DNA of 56,404 nucleotides, filler included, from Bipalium vagum (lineage: Eukaryota): assembly GCA_037834085.1 (NCBI GenBank). It is 3 parts of 3 records of this genome, joined end to end, with 100 filler letters (N's around TTAATTAATTAA, not from the genome) between each part and the next. Parts side by side here need not be neighbours in the genome. Positions count along the whole stretch, not along the records: positions 15,653 to 40,672 come from JBBMKC010196609.1; positions 40,773 to 56,404 come from JBBMKC010154733.1; 1 more part is not named here. One strand, 5' to 3'. The translations under genes and the position numbers were made by a program. The stretch's first letter is position 1, and each line of letters starts with the position of its first letter. The notes under the pieces are model-generated. The model was given only the letters and a program-made list of their open reading frames with translations, was not told where the DNA came from and did not search any database. This document shows positions 26,501 through 41,559 of the stretch, in pieces.

Positions 26501-29500
26501 TATAACAAAATAGAGAAATAAATCAAATTTTATTTAGAAAATGTTTTTTAAAAAACATCTTCCACTCGTATGTCAGCTAGAAGATTCTTGGAAATTGTCC
26601 AACCGAAGCGAGCACTAGTTTGTGGTCAGAGAGGGAGAATTGAATTTGTAAACATTTTTTGTCGTCTTAGTCTGATACAAGGAAACTTACCGAAGGACCG
26701 ATTTTGGTCTGTATAAATTACTCAATTTTTTTCATTGATTTTGAGCTCCCCATTGACAAAAAACAAGATTAATTTTTTCTGTAAGCGATACTTCAATCCT
26801 CAAACTAAGATTCTAATTGTTTTTGAAGTTTGAGAGATCATATTTATTAATTACAGAGAGTAATTTATTCGTCTAAAAACACTTTAAAAGAGAACTGAGC
26901 ACCATATTATCTTTGTTTCCTGCTTTTTGACTTTTGTGATAATTAAGACCTTAGGATTTTTGGAGCTTTAAAGATTAAAATTTCAGTTAAAATTCTGACA
27001 TAAAGACTTAAGTAAAAAAGTTTTTCGTTTTCAATTTAAACTTTAAATTTATAAAAAATGAATTAACAGTGACTCCTGTAAACGATTTTTATTATTTCAT
27101 TTTATTAAAACTTTTTCAAATGAAAAAAAGTGTTAAATCAAATTGATTTCGAATATTGTGATAATCCTTTTTTCTAATTTAACCTTCAAAACGTTCTCGT
27201 CTCGATTGACTTATTTGCAAATATTTTGTGTTGATCTCAATTCTACATATGCATTGTTATTAATATTGAAAACTCTGTAACTATAAAAATATAGATAAAA
27301 ACGCAAAAATAATTTACAATCAATAAAAATATTTTTTTAATATTTCGATGTAGGCCCTGATGAAAAAAACTCAGGAACCTAATTATTACAGTTAAAAAAA
27401 ACAGAAAAATTTTAATAATATTTTATTTAAAATAATAATTATAAAATAATAGTATTATGTATAAAATAAATATGTATAAATAGTAATATGTAAAAAAATT
27501 ATGAAATTTAATTAAAAATGAATATTAAATAATTTGACTAAACTTTAATGAGTTTTAATAAAAATGAGATTCTAATTTGGGTTCGAGATCCTAAAATAAA
27601 CCTTAAAACTTATACAAAAATAATAAAAAAAATTATTAACATAATTTATCAATGTTAAAATTTAACCTTCTTCACATTTTTACTTAATTAATCGAATTTT
27701 ATTTTACCTCTCAATATTATACAAAAATAGTCAATTAAAACAAAAAAAAACTCACCGAATTCACTGTCCGTTTCAAAGTCACTTTCATTTTGAAAATCTA
27801 ATGATTTACAAATAATGGATGGATATATAAAAAATTATTGAAATTAATAAATCAATGTAATTTTATTTTTTTGTTAATTACAATTATTGATTAATAATTT
27901 TCTCTATTTATATCACTACACGAGTTTGATTTTGAGATTTTTTAAAAATATTTTTTATTATTTTCTTTTGTTAATAAAATATTTTAGATCTTCGAAGAAT
28001 TACATAATTTTCTTTTTTTTCCTTAGTAACTCTTATAATCTTACATATTGAATAAAAAATAAGATTGGATTTATCAATAAGAAATATATTAATATTATAT
28101 ACAACATTAAATATATTTACAGTAAATAATACAACAAATATATTAAAACGAACGTAATATTTAAACAAGGAAATATTATTAAAAAGATTATTTATTTTGA
28201 GTTTGAAAATAAGCAAGAAAATCTGCTTATATCTTTCCCAAAATCAGATTTTACAAAGAGTATATTTGCATGGAGGTTCATTAAAAATAATCCACATTTC
28301 TCTAAGATAAGTCTAACATAAAAGAAGAAAAATTTTAAGGACAAGAATAAAGATTTTTCAGAGACAAATGCAAAAAAAAATAAAATTATTGTGGTCTTTC
28401 TTAAACTGGTTCTGCAATATTTCTGATTTTAAATTGTTATGAAACATGTTTATTTCATAAGACAAAACATCTTTAATAACCGACACATGGAATTTAAAAA
28501 TCCATAAAATGTATTTTGGACATGAATAATAAATTTTTTCCAAGAATTTATTAAAGAACAGCTTCTGTTAAGAAAAGCAAGAAATAGTTAAAATTTTATG
28601 TACAAAATTTAGTGAAATGAAGATTATCTGAATTCCAGGTTTAATAAACAGAATAATAATAATAATGAAAAAATACCAAAATATCTTTATTAATTATTTT
28701 TATCCATCAAAATATTAATGACATACTGGTAGAAATATCCCGGTATTATGTATTTTTATACCTTTGGAGAGTATTTTGGTCATTCATTAAAATTGTTTTA
28801 ATTATTCAAAATATTACAGGATAATGCTTGAATTATCAGATTGTGTAAAACTAATGTCGGTTTTATGGAATAATATTTTAGTTGAATATTAATCGACACC
28901 ATCTTTAAGTTAATAAAATAATCTTTGTGTATTTAATTTAAATACAATTAAAGTTATTAGTTAGTTTTGTTTTACCAATCTAAATTGATTATTGATTATT
29001 CTAGACAAATTTGAAATGACCATGAATTCTGAGAAAATTAGAATATGTATGTATTATGAGTTTAAGCTGAACCATTCCGCAGCCCAGAAGACCCGTAACA
29101 TCATACAAGCATTTGGCGAGGACAGTGTTACAGAACGTATGGTTCACCGTTGGTATGTCCGTTTTCGTTACGGAGATTTTGGACTTGAAGATAAACCTCG
29201 TGAAGATATACCACGTTTAATAGCTCTTGACGATGAAGTTTTGAAAGAGCAGATTGAATCTGATCTCTCCGAAACAGTAAGTGAACTTGCTAAAATTCTC
29301 AATATTCATCCTGAGATCATTTCAAATCAATTTCATCAAATTGGTATAATATGGAAACATGATTGGTGGGTTCCACATAAATTAAGTGAAAAGAACAAAT
29401 CTCAGCGTCTGAGTATCTGCACTTCTTTGGACTACCCAACAACAGTTAACATTTTTTGAACAGAATTATCACCAGTGATGAGAAGTGATGACAACTCTTG

Positions 29501-32500
29501 TCGCTCTGGACAATGACTTGATGCGAGTGAGCCTACAGGGAAAGTGGCAAAAGAAGACATTCATTCCAAGAAGATAATGGTAAGTGTCTGGTGGTCCATG
29601 TCTGGTGTAATCTATTTTGAGTTTTTAAAATGAGATCTAACCATAACATCTGATGTCCACTGCTTGATAAAGTTCATAAAATCCTTAAAATTCAGCAACC
29701 ATCATTGGTCAACAGAAAATTTACAATTCTTCTCCAAGATAATACAAGACTTCACACGTCAAAATTAACTGTACAAAAATTGAAAGACTTCGGTTACGAA
29801 ACTCTTCCTCGATCTTACTTATTCACCCTTCAGGTTTCCATTTATTCAGGTCTTTGTCAAACTTTCTTACAGGCAAGTCTTTTAAAAAATTTTCAAGACA
29901 AGGCGAATTCATTATTCAAAAATTTATTAATTAAGAATTAAGAATTCATTAATTCCAAAAATCAGAAAATTTACAAATCAGGAATTGAAATGCTACTGGA
30001 ACGTTGGATCAATGTTATAAAATCAGATGGTGACTATTTAAATGAATAAATTTTATTTTATGACTTAATTATTTTTGTTCAAAGTTTTTTTCATAAAACC
30101 GAAATTACTTTTTACACAACCTGATATTAAAAAAACAAATAAAAAGGGGCGTATTTAAATAAAATATACCTGGAATACAAAGCCCAAGAAAAGAATAGGT
30201 GGATTGTTTACATAGTTATTAATAATAACTTAGTATGAAAAAACAATGGTTATATCATAAAAGATAAAGAAAATTTCATAATACAAGTCTCAATATGGAT
30301 TAGATGAATTTTGTACACATCGTTTTATTATATATATTATCATTTATCATTAATATATGTTTAATATCACATATACAATTACTTTATTAAATTTATTAAT
30401 ATTACTAATAATAATATTATTATTATTACTATTAAAGACATAATCATTATTACTACTCTAATAAAATGAAATAGCTAACTAAATAAAAATATAAACGACA
30501 TTTAGAGAAAGTTGGTGAGATTAAAAAGAAAAATAAAATACTGTTGTCGACAACATCTTTCTTAAACTCATGCAACAATAAAAATATATACCTTTTACAA
30601 AACAGATTTTTTGAGATTTAGAAGAATCTGACAAAAAGAAATTGTAAACCAAACATAAGATATTGAATGAAATATTAAATATTCCTTCCTTTTTCGTAAC
30701 AAGTAATGTGAAGAAATTTTGGATGAATTAAATCTAACAACCCCATTGCTATTTTGGCTTTTAACATTGTGGCTTTCTACATCGTTGTCTCATCACATGC
30801 GTGGTTTGACCGGGACCATCTAATTTTTTGGGATGGGATATTCAATATTATTTGATCTGTGAAATTAGAAAATTCCAAAGTGTAATGTAGACTGAAGCCG
30901 ATACCTGGCATTCTTGTTTAATTTCAGTAAACCATTTCCACAATCTTAAATGGTATTGTGAATTCGCATTCATCACGAAATTTTTTATGTGTAATTAACT
31001 CTTATCTCATTAGCCATACCACTTATCACCTGTTACTAATGCAAAATTGTCCAAAATTCTATTCTCGAAAATAGGCCTTTTTTCATAAACTCTCAACTCT
31101 AACTAGTTTTATATAAGATATTGATGTACAGAGGAATTTGACACTTAGTTAATTTTCACAATATTTATGTCACGTAGAGAAACACAAGATTTATTTTTTA
31201 TTCGTCTCTCAAACGAGACCAATCTCCAGTTGACCACTAACCTTTGTGTAAAACTATGATTTAACAAGGTTCAGAGCCATCAAAAGCCATTAAAAGTTCA
31301 ATATGGAAAAAAGTATTTATATTTCCATATTTTACATATTGGGTAGTCTAAAAAGTTTCCAGCGATTTTGTGAATAGGCGGCGAAATTATTTTAAAAATA
31401 AATATCCTAAATTCATTTTTTCTTGACTTTTTAAAATAAGTTGAATTTCTTTTAACTGAAATCTCTTGATCATCTATGGAATGTTTATTAACTAGAATGC
31501 ATTGTATTAAAATAATTGAATGGCGAACTGGCAAAATTATATTCCATCGGCATAATCTAACTTTTTCATGACAAGGTTGAGTTTGTTTTACACATTGACA
31601 AGTTCAAACAGTCACTTGATTATTTCAAAAATAAATATTTCAATCTCAAATTTCTTTCAAATTATAAAAAAAAATTAACTTGCGATAATAGCAATACCAG
31701 GATTTATTATGATTTTCGACGAGCATTATCTCAACAGTACATTAATTAACGTATTTCAACTTATCAATGATTTAAAGAATCTAATAGTGGTCATAGGTCG
31801 TTGATAAGTAGTGTTTTGAGCTTACAAAAATTCGAACCTACGAGTCGATTGCAAATTGACATCAACTAGAAATAAAGTAAAAGATGACATCAAGGAAATA
31901 TATAATACACTTAATGAATTCATAAAGATTTAGTCTAGAATTTAATCAGCAAGCTACAGATGATTTTAGTAAACTATATCAAATATGGAAAAGTTCATGA
32001 AAAAAAATGTATAGAAAAACCATAAAAAAGACAATTTTTAATTAAGATAACACTTAAACACCATTTAAATTCAATTATGAGTTTAATGAGATAGATTTAA
32101 TCTTCACCCCCATTTCTTTATCGTTTAAAACTGTTTTTATATTATTTTATTATATTATTAAATTCTCACAATTTTATTGCTTTTTTATCGACTATTTCTT
32201 AAAAATAACTCCAATAAAATATCAATTTTATTAAAATAAAAAATTAAATTTTACAAAGTATAAAAATGGTTTCAAGTTTCATAATTTAATTTCAATTAAC
32301 ATTTTGAAATAATTCTCTTTAAACCTCATTATTTCGGATCTTTATTTTCAATAACAAAAATTTATTTAAGAAAATCACATCTCTTTCGAGGAAAATTTGC
32401 ATCACGCACCAACATCCACGTGTTTCTTGTTTATTTAGCAGTCATCTTCATCGGTTTAGATATTGAGTAGCAGCGGCCTTTCGGCTACCGAGATCCCAAC

Positions 32501-35500
32501 AACAGGGCAATATGACTGTTCGTTGCCTGGTCATCTAATGCAACCAGGTTCTTACACTATTTAAGTCAGGTGAAATAACATAGGTAATTAAAAATATTGT
32601 ATATTCGAGTATTTCACCGTAAATATTTTTGCGGTAAATATTTCACCGTATTTCATCTGCGCAAAGATCTTACTTACGGTTTATTTCTTACCCAAACTAC
32701 CAAGCAAAATTCTTTTAAAAACTGAAAACATCCCCAAGAAAATTGTATATTCCAGTAAAATGATTTTAAAATAATAGGTGACCTGAAAAGTTACCACCAT
32801 CTTTTACGTAAAAAACAAACAACTTTATTCATGTAAAAAAGGCTTCATGAATCAAATATGTTCCATTTTGTTGGATACGTTTTCGCCACTTTCTGGTAAA
32901 TTCACAATGTCATCATTGTAGAATTTCTCAGATTTTCTGATCAAAAAGCCACAGAGTTATGTTGAAGAGAAAGTATATATTAATTCATGAACATAATAAA
33001 ATCCTTCTGCACGTGAAATAAAATGGAAATTAGACTAAATTAAATATTAAAAATTATTCCAATTTTTAAAAATTAATAAATATGTAAAAATAGGTTTCGG
33101 TATTATTAAAATCGTAATAATTTCAATAATAATTGGGATTTTTTAAAATTATTTCCCATATTTATTGAAATAAATTTAAATGCTAAATACCGTCTTTAAT
33201 AATTATAAATATTTATGCAGAAAGTGTTGAATTATTATTAAAAAAATAATTAAGTTTCACGTTTTATATTTTAAAAAAATTGATAGTTTAAACACGTGGA
33301 TCAAATTTTTAATTAATTTAGACGAAGATTAACTTTGAGAAATATAATAAAATCGTCCAATAATAACATGTAGAAATACGAGTTTGATGCAATAATGAAA
33401 ATAAAAACAGCGACAATAATTTTTTTTATAAATAAACTGGTTGAATTTTAAAAATTCATATTCAGTTTGTAATCAATTAAAACAGTTTTCTTAAAAATAT
33501 TTTATTGATTCTTAAATTCAGTTTTCATTCCTCAAATATATAATTAAAGCAATTTATTTATGTTTAGAATCATTTTTAAAAAAGCAACATTATTCAACAT
33601 TAAAACAATTCAGACAAAAATTATTTTTAAAAGATTAAAAAATTACCCTCTAATCTTCAAGTAAAATTTTTTTCAATAAATTCTTTATATAATTCAACAG
33701 ACTTTTAATTATAAAAAACATTTTAATAATCAAATATTTTTCCTTTATAAAATAATTTTATCAGATTTCTCCTTACGGAATCTCCGAATTAAAAAAAATT
33801 AGTTAAGTCTTTAAAAATATTTTATATATACCAAAAAATTAGTAAAAATGTAATTTGAAAAATTTTATTCAAAAATTTGCTTTTTATTTTTGAATCAAAA
33901 TTTACAATTCCTTTAAAAAAATTTTTGAAGAAAAGACATATTTACAGACATGGAACATATTTCTATTATTTGTAACTAATCAATATTCTTTTTAGAAAAG
34001 CTCTCTGATGTTCTGTTACAACAGGAGCACCTGACGATTTGTTCAAGTCCTTTTCCTGATAATTCTATATACAATGCTAAATACTGTTTCTTTTAACGTA
34101 CTCTGCTTTGATTTCACGTCTGCCTTTACTGTCTAATCAGAAAGTAATAATAAATTAATACTTTCAATTAATGAACATTTTAAACTACATATTTTCCATC
34201 TGAGACAATCATAATTATTCGGAAGCCAAAAATCATACAATGAAATTTGGAAAATATTCGGGTTCCGATAATATTTTGGAAATGTCAAATTCTTTCTTTG
34301 GATCTAAATGCCCTAATTTTTTAAGCACCGGGTCCTTCAAAAACCACACTTTAAAATCTAAACTAATAATTATTATGTCAAAATGCCTTATACAAAATAT
34401 TTTCATGACGATATTTAGAGCCTTAAAAATTAAAGGGGATTTATAAATGTATTAATTAATTATAAATATACCAATTTTACGTGGAAAGCAACACTTTCTT
34501 GATAGTCCACTGTTCTCGGAAATCATTAATTCATAATTCTTTCCAACCCAAATATTTTTCCCAAAGATTTTTCAAGAGATGAGATGTCCTAGGTAGGTTG
34601 GCTTTACCGAGTAGATTTTTATTTTTATTAAAATCTTTTTAATAGTTTGCAGTGCCATAATGTTTAAAAAGGAATTTACGGGGACAATATTTAAGCCTAC
34701 ATGAAAGACGCACAGGTTTTTAAAAAACCTTTTTAATGCTGTTTTAACTCTGCTTGCAATAACATGGGAAATTGATAGTAGCAATTTTGGTCTTATTTTA
34801 AAAAAATAGGCAAGGTAAATTATTTTATTTGTCCCGAACACAACCTTTGTAACATTATATAAATATTATTCGATTTCAAGTTGCAATATGTTAGTAAGCA
34901 CAGAAATAATTAATTATTATAAATAAATTATAATAATAATGAATTATAAAAAATGTTAATGAATTCACATTTATCAATAAATTAATTAATATCAATAAAT
35001 CAATATTATTGATTTTTAACTACTTGTAAATGAATTCTTACTTTTTATTTAGAAGACAAATGAAAGAGAAGAAAATAATTAATTAAATTTATTTATCATA
35101 ACTGGGTTTATCAATTCATAAGCGAAAACTATAAAGAGAAAGTTTCTTCACAATTTATTTATTTTTATTTTTTAGAAAAGTAATTATCAATAAATATTAT
35201 TTTAAGCTTTGTTTACTTAAATCATGATCCTTGGGATAAGTGAATTGATATTTGCTAAATGGAAAGAGTAAGAGAATAATTTCTTAGCAATGTAGAATGA
35301 ATAAAACCATTCTGCAAGTTATTTATTATCAGACGACATGAAGCTATTTTATCATTGTCATCTCATTTCCTTAGGTTTGGGTAAACATTCTTCTGTTTCT
35401 GTACAATAATAATAAATTACATAAAATAAATTATATTTCATTAAAATTTTTCATCCTTTTGAAATATATTTCTTCAACTCTGTTAGGTGCATAGTGTAAA

Positions 35501-38500
35501 CGTGTTTACTGGCTGAAGAACTGACCAACCTGGCTTTTTCAGTACGAAGAGTGCGATAAGTGGACCAAAACGTCGGTTCAATATGAAAAAAATTTCTATT
35601 TTCGAAATATTATACCATGACATTTGTAAAATGTTTTATAGTCTAATGACCCTACACTTGTCCAATGTAAATAAAACGTTTGTATAAAAAGAATGAATCT
35701 TATATTTTATCAGAATTAACTGTAAAATGTTACTTTGAACTTCGAAAATCTAAAACAACGTCCAACTTGTGAAATAAGTTATGATATATATTAATAAGAT
35801 TAAATTAAAAAAATATATTAAAGTTAATTACACATAGATAATAAAAGTTATACATGGAATATAAGACATTTTTTGGAAAGATATTTTTTGCTAAGTATCA
35901 CTTGAGACTCGATTAACATACTGTGACAAATTGTCATATTGCCAAATGCAGTATTGTTTTAATCTTTACAATAAAATAAAAATCAATTTATTTTCCAAAG
36001 ATATTGCTAGCCAAAATAGTAGCCCATTATATTTTGTCATCTTGTAAATTCCTATTAAGAATTAAATGCTGAATTGTAAAAATCCACTTATGCCTTATTC
36101 TATTTGAAAGCTTGCTTAAATTATACTTCGTAATCATTCCGTAAACGGCGTACTACATCATCCCACAAGTGTTCAAATGGGAACAAGTCAGTGGTGAATC
36201 TTGCGGGGTATGGAAGAACTTCAATTACATTTAATTTCGACATCACAATTCTGGCTTTATGAGAGCAGACATTGCCCTGTTGTAACGTCAGATGATTCTC
36301 TTCAACAACTGAAAAGGCCTGTAGCAGGACAATTTCATTTAAATAGTGTTTTCCTGTCACCGTACCTGGAATAACAATATTTTCTGTGCGACTATTCCAC
36401 AACATCGATCCACATCATTAAACTGTCTGTTTCATGACAATCGTGTTTTAAAATACAGTAATCGATATAGTTGTATTTTCAATCTTCTATCTCAATAATG
36501 CCATCATGAAAATCTAGCGAAAGTATGTCTATCAATATTGCCTTCTTTCCAATATCTGTCCCATCATTTTTGAACGGTCCTTTTTGACATTCCTATTCTT
36601 TTTGTGACATCCCACAGTCCGAGATCTATCTCCAATAGGTCACACAAGCATCCTTTGTGGAATTGTGATATTTGAGCCATATTCTTAACTGACATGTGAA
36701 TAAAAAACCAAAAAAACCGCAACGTAATACATATTAATCGGAAGCATTATTTTATTTTAAAATTGATAATATGTTTATAATGAGCAACTTTTTTTGGCCA
36801 CCAATATATTTAAAGAAAAATAAACACTAACATACAAAGTAAAATATCAATTTAAAATATTTACAGATTAATAATATTTATTAAAAAGCATAAATAGCAA
36901 TCGATAAAACGAAACATCATACTTATATCAACTGAGTTGAGTTCGTCAGAGACGGTGTTGTCTAGTTCTTGAGGTCTAGGGATAAATAAATAATAATAAA
37001 GTGAAATAATAACATATCTAATATTAAAACAAAATTCCAAAGGATAAAAATAGATCCGATAATAAATTATCTTAAAAAGTTAAATATTAATCATTACAAG
37101 TATGAATTTTCGTTTCCCATTTCTCTTGAAAAACACCGAAAGCAGAAATCTTTTTAAAATATACACAAAAGAAAGATAAGAGCAAAGTTAAGAAACGTAA
37201 AATAATTCCATCCGGAAGTAACACAAAAAAAATCGGATGTTTTTTAATCAGTTAAGATTAGTCTCAAAGTCAAAATAATTTACTTCACGAAACCTATTAT
37301 CATTTGAGTAGAAATTCAGGGAATTCATTGTGAGTGGCAATTGAACAAAATCCAGATCTCAAAGTTTACTATTTCACGCGACTGGTATTATTATGAGAAA
37401 ATATTTATTTATTTATATTTTATAAATTTTAGAGCTCTGCTGATGAAAATATTCTCAATAAATTTAATTCTTGTACAACACTCTTTAAAGATTTATTTTC
37501 AATTAAGTATTTAATTCAAATAAAAGAAAAAGGTTCAAAGACTGTTCTAAAATATTTTTGTTCCATGTAGGGCAAAGTCTAACACTGATAAGACTATTAA
37601 AATTTATTCTTACTAATTTGGATTTGCAAATCTCTATTTATATTTCAACATAAATAGATTCTATTTGAACCATTAAAGGAATTAAATATTAATTAAAAAG
37701 ATAATAATTAAAAATTACGAGGATTGTCTTTTAAGTTTTGCATATGGATGCATACAAGCCTACAATAATAAAATATTATGTAAAACAAGTCTATATTTAG
37801 ATACTAAGAATTATAAATTTTGTTTAAATATATCAAAGTCTTTGTTTATAGCAACTATTTAAAAAACATAATCAATGAAAAAAAATTGAATTCACGAGAG
37901 AAAATGTAGGAGCAATAATCGTGTACAATTTTCGAAGAGAATTATCTCAGGAACAATGTAGATCCGAAATGATATCAGTTCTTGGGGATGAAGCACTATA
38001 TTATTCAGCAATTTCCCGCTCTAGTCTAACCGATGAGCGGAGAATATGAAAAATTCGCTGGTGTAAATCAGCATATCTTGAAAGATCGACATGCAATATA
38101 TTTTGAGATAGAGTGTTCCTTGGGTATTTCAAAGACCTCATTGCATAAAACCCTGCATGAAGAACTGAATGTGAGGAAATTAGTTTCCCTTAGATCCCAC
38201 ATCTCCTAACTGATGAACAAAAAGTAGCTCGAATCAATTGGTGCCGAATAACCTTGCATAGATTCAACAACGGAAGCTCCAAAAATGTGCACAACATTAT
38301 CAGTAATGACAAATCATGGATTTATTCGTACGAGCCTGAAAAGAAAAGTCAATCTTGTATTTGGGTGTTCCAATCTGAGGAGAATCCGACAAAAGTTACC
38401 CGATCTCGTAGTGTGTCAAAGCAGATGAACGCAACGTTTGTCTCAAAAGTTGATCATAATGCTACAATTCCTTTACAAAATCGAAAAACGGTTACTGTGC

Positions 38501-40247
38501 AATGGTATACAGCAATATATTTTCCAGAAATATTTTCAGTTATCCGAAGAGCAAACATGAAATGGAGAATCATTCTTCACCACGAAAATGCTAGTTCACA
38601 TACAGATCTAGTAACAACAGATTTTTTATCATCTCAAAATATAGAATTATTGGGTCATCCAACATATAGTCCTGACCTAAGTCCAAATGATCTTTTCACA
38701 TTTCCAAACATCAAGAAAAAACAAGTCACCGGAAAAGGCAATCGACATGTTCAAAATGGAAATTTTGGGTGTTACAACTGATGAGTGGAATAACTGCTTT
38801 AACAATTGGTTTCAAAAAATGAAAAAGTGTATAAATCTTTGTGGAGAATATTTTGAAAAAGTAATAAAATATTTTCAATCTTTTTTGTCTCTGCAAAAGA
38901 CAACTCTCGTATAATTCAAACAGTTCTTCTTTCGAAAATGAAAATTATTATAATCGTCATTATGTTCAATTTTTGTAGTAGGTTATAGTATCGGGTGGAT
39001 ATAAAAACTCGTCTGATAAAATGTGACAGGGTTGTATTAGTATTATATGGGTGACCTAAAATATATTGCATAATAAAGGCGATAATTGATGTAATAAAAT
39101 AAGCTCTTGATTGTCGGTAAGTTTTTACAATAAATTTTTATGTATGACCTTTTTAATAAGAATCTGGATTATATCATTCCATGTTATTCCAGTGGGTACC
39201 TTTGTTGCAAAGATACCGTATTGATGATTGAAAATTGAAAATTTCAAAATTCCAAAACACCAATTCCCTTGTAGATAAAAACCCACAAACTCTTGGAAAA
39301 TTTCCAAGATTTTGATACTGGGAATTCACTTAACCAGTGTAATTAATTTTATCTAAACTATTTTTGAGGTTTTGGGAATATATTTGTGAGGTTTACACAT
39401 AATGATTGAATTTTATGTAACGGGCTTTTGTCTGCAGATGTATGACCAAGCTTAATAATTCGTTCACTTCATCACTTATATCAAAACATATTTGAAAGTG
39501 AGAAGAAGAAAATCTAATTCTTCAACTATTAATGAAGACCCATGGGATACGAACAGATAGTGTAAAAAGCAATGTAAAAGACAAGCTTCGCAAATATTTA
39601 TCAAAACAATTAAATAGGGCCCGTGGATAAAAATCATAATTTCCATAAAGAAAATATCACTGATATTGATAATTCAATAAGTGTAATCGAAAAACACTTT
39701 TAACAGCCACCCTTAAAGATTTTAAAAGCTAAAATACTGCACTACTGCCATTGATAGTAATAACAATAACAAAAATAAAAAAATAATAAATAACAAGAAT
39801 AAGAACAATAAATAATTTAATTTATTTTCAATTATCATTGCTTACTTATCCGCTAGGTTAAGCTCAATAGGATATTCTCGGTTTTCTTTCACAATATCTG
39901 AGACACATTCTGGTATGGTTTTTTCTGAAGTTAGAATGAAATTTTTCTATGAATAACAGAGATAATTTCCGAACCTTTCCATTCATTTAATAAAGTCTGT
40001 TCCAGTAAATCTAGGTCGTAATTATCCACCTGTGCGTATCGCTTATAAACTGGATCATTATTGGTTTCAGGAGGTGATTTGAGAATTCTTCCGATGGAAT
40101 GTTTCGGGAGAGAGATAACGTTGCCAATCCCAGAAAATTTCAATCTTTCTAATAAATCTGCGTGAGTCTTGAAAATATCCGTATATCTCTCGTACAGCTT
40201 CTGATATTCCTTTTTGTGTTCTTTTTCTTTTTCTTCCATTCTATTTA
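17537..40247 (-). CDS. MAPK8IP3: JIP3/JIP4 (Sunday driver/UNC-16) JNK-interacting motor adaptor, internal part only
   Basis: Nine phase-consistent exons: 40247-39975 ([27 protein letters not shown]), 39924-39846, 36975-36923, 27797-27756, 24671-24614 ([20 protein letters not shown]), 24553-24497 ([18 protein letters not shown]), 20438-20282 (leucine zipper II), 17847-17669 (RH2: [38 protein letters not shown]) and 17617-17537. The RH1 N-terminus and WD40 C-terminus are not in this contig. Confidence 0.92.
18140..18610 (+). mobile_element. Mariner transposase relic (C-terminal part)
   Basis: Fragments resembling KILLSV.WD...VHYELL, LHDNA and W..VI.HNGEY. Confidence 0.6.
25606..25900 (+). mobile_element. 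Near-complete tRNA-LTR TRIM: LTR, PBS, 129-bp internal region, PPT, truncated LTR
   Basis: LTR1 25606-25718 (TGTGAGA...TAACA). PBS-like TGACGACTACATCAGGA follows immediately. PPT AAAAGAGGGGAA at 25836-25847 abuts LTR2, which starts TATGAGATAAATT at 25848 and is truncated at ~25900. Confidence 0.8.
26400..26660 (+). mobile_element. Possible Ginger/Gypsy-type integrase relic
   Basis: Broken frames give VCQLE and [18 protein letters not shown], resembling the end of the H2C2 finger and the KPI....RGQVDLID integrase start. Confidence 0.35.
28836..30124 (+). mobile_element. Full-length mariner (DD34D) transposon with disrupted transposase
   Basis: TA-flanked ~28-bp TIRs TCAG(G/A)TTGTGTAAAA..TAAT.TCGGTTTT, 1289 bp long. 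HTH, WVPHKL, IITSDEK and LLQDNTRLH motifs, with stops and frameshifts. Confidence 0.93.
36002..36806 (-). mobile_element. Internally deleted Tc1-family element
   Basis: Degenerate TIRs TATTGGTGGCCAAAA..AGT.GC.CATT. ORF 36121-36405 has [12 protein letters not shown] and [15 protein letters not shown]. Confidence 0.78.
37718..38909 (+). mobile_element. Mariner transposon (irritans-like), disrupted
   Basis: TA-CGAG..TTGTCTTTT termini. [30 protein letters not shown] and [12 protein letters not shown] motifs. Confidence 0.9.
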
Positions 40248-40672
40248 CTATCAGTAAAAGTTAGCATTAGCAATGGATGGAACACAGTTGGATGAATTGT
40301 GTTAAAACAATATTTATTAAATAATTCTCTAAATATTATTTTATTTAAAAATAAGTTTAATAAATTAAAAATATAATATATTAATAATAATAATAAATAA
40401 TAAATAATAATAAAAATTCAAATTCCAAAGATTAAATATTTTCTGATTTATGAAAAAGTAAGAAATGATTTTAAGCGAATTTTGAAAGCAAATATTACGA
40501 TAAATATTGTTCAGTTGGAAAAAAATATATTTTAGAAAAATAAGTAATTTTTATAATTGATTAATTTTAATTGTTCTTAAATTACTGGCTTTTATTAAAA
40601 AGTTGCATTATGCGAAACAAACTACTTAAGATTAAATTATTTTTAATTTTTATTTATGTTATTTTTAAACAA

Positions 40673-40772
40673 NNNNNNNNNNNNNNNNNNNNNNNNNNNN
40701 NNNNNNNNNNNNNNNNTTAATTAATTAANNNNNNNNNNNNNNNNNNNNNNNNNNNNNNNNNNNNNNNNNNNN
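40673..40772. other. Artificial contig linker
   Basis: N44-TTAATTAATTAA-N44. Confidence 0.95.
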
Positions 40773-41009
40773 TTTATTTTTATTTTTATTATTTTTATTT
40801 TATTATTATTAGTATTATTATTTTTTTTTATGTTTTTTTTGGATTATTTATTTTCCTTTATTTTATTTAAAATTTTTAATTAATATTTTTATTAAACTTT
40901 GTGAATATTAACAATATTTCGGATTGATTAACATGTTTCCTGATACCTGAGGGTTTGGAAATATAAAATAAATACATTTTTAAAGTATTATTTTATCGGA
41001 TATTATGTA

Positions 41010-41543
41010 CAGGGTGGCTCAAAAAAAATGTATACACACTTAAAATAATAATAAATCAGAAGTTTAATGAAATGCATTTTATTTCAAAATTGAATACAAT
41101 CTTTTGAGATTCCTAGCTCAAGACTTGCTTATCTCACATATGTATGTGGGCGTCGATTAAACAAGTACAACATTCTTTCTTCCTTTGTGGTACTTGTCGA
41201 TATTCTCCGTCTTCCAGAACGGTTCTTGTTGACATTAATAATTCCATCTTTTTCGAATTTATCATTTATTCAACTGATTGCCAGTCTTGTTGATGGATCT
41301 ATCTGAAATTCTTGAACAGGGTCTGTACCTCTTATGTTTTCTAACTTGAAGTAATCTTTGATAATAATTTTTCGCTGCTCAAAGTTCTACCTACCTTTTA
41401 TGATTCAACATTTAAGAATAAATTTATTGATTTAATATAGCGGCAATTTCTTAACAGTTATTGGAGTATTTAAACAAACTATAAAACAAGTAATAAAAAC
41501 TTATAATTACTTAACGATTTATATTTAAAGATGAGACACCCTG
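41010..41543 (-). mobile_element. Deletion derivative of a Tc1/Tc3-like element
   Basis: TA-CAGGGTG...CACCCTG-TA termini. Retains N-terminal HTH remnants (FEQRKIIIK, RINDKFEKDG, RSGRRR). Confidence 0.75.
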
Positions 41544-41559
41544 TATATACCGCTTTTTA

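Noticed and set aside
35505-35580. Penelope-type hammerhead ribozyme (also CTGATGA at ~2926 and ~27356)
   Set aside because: Only partial CUGANGA/GAAA cores; I could not form stems I-III.
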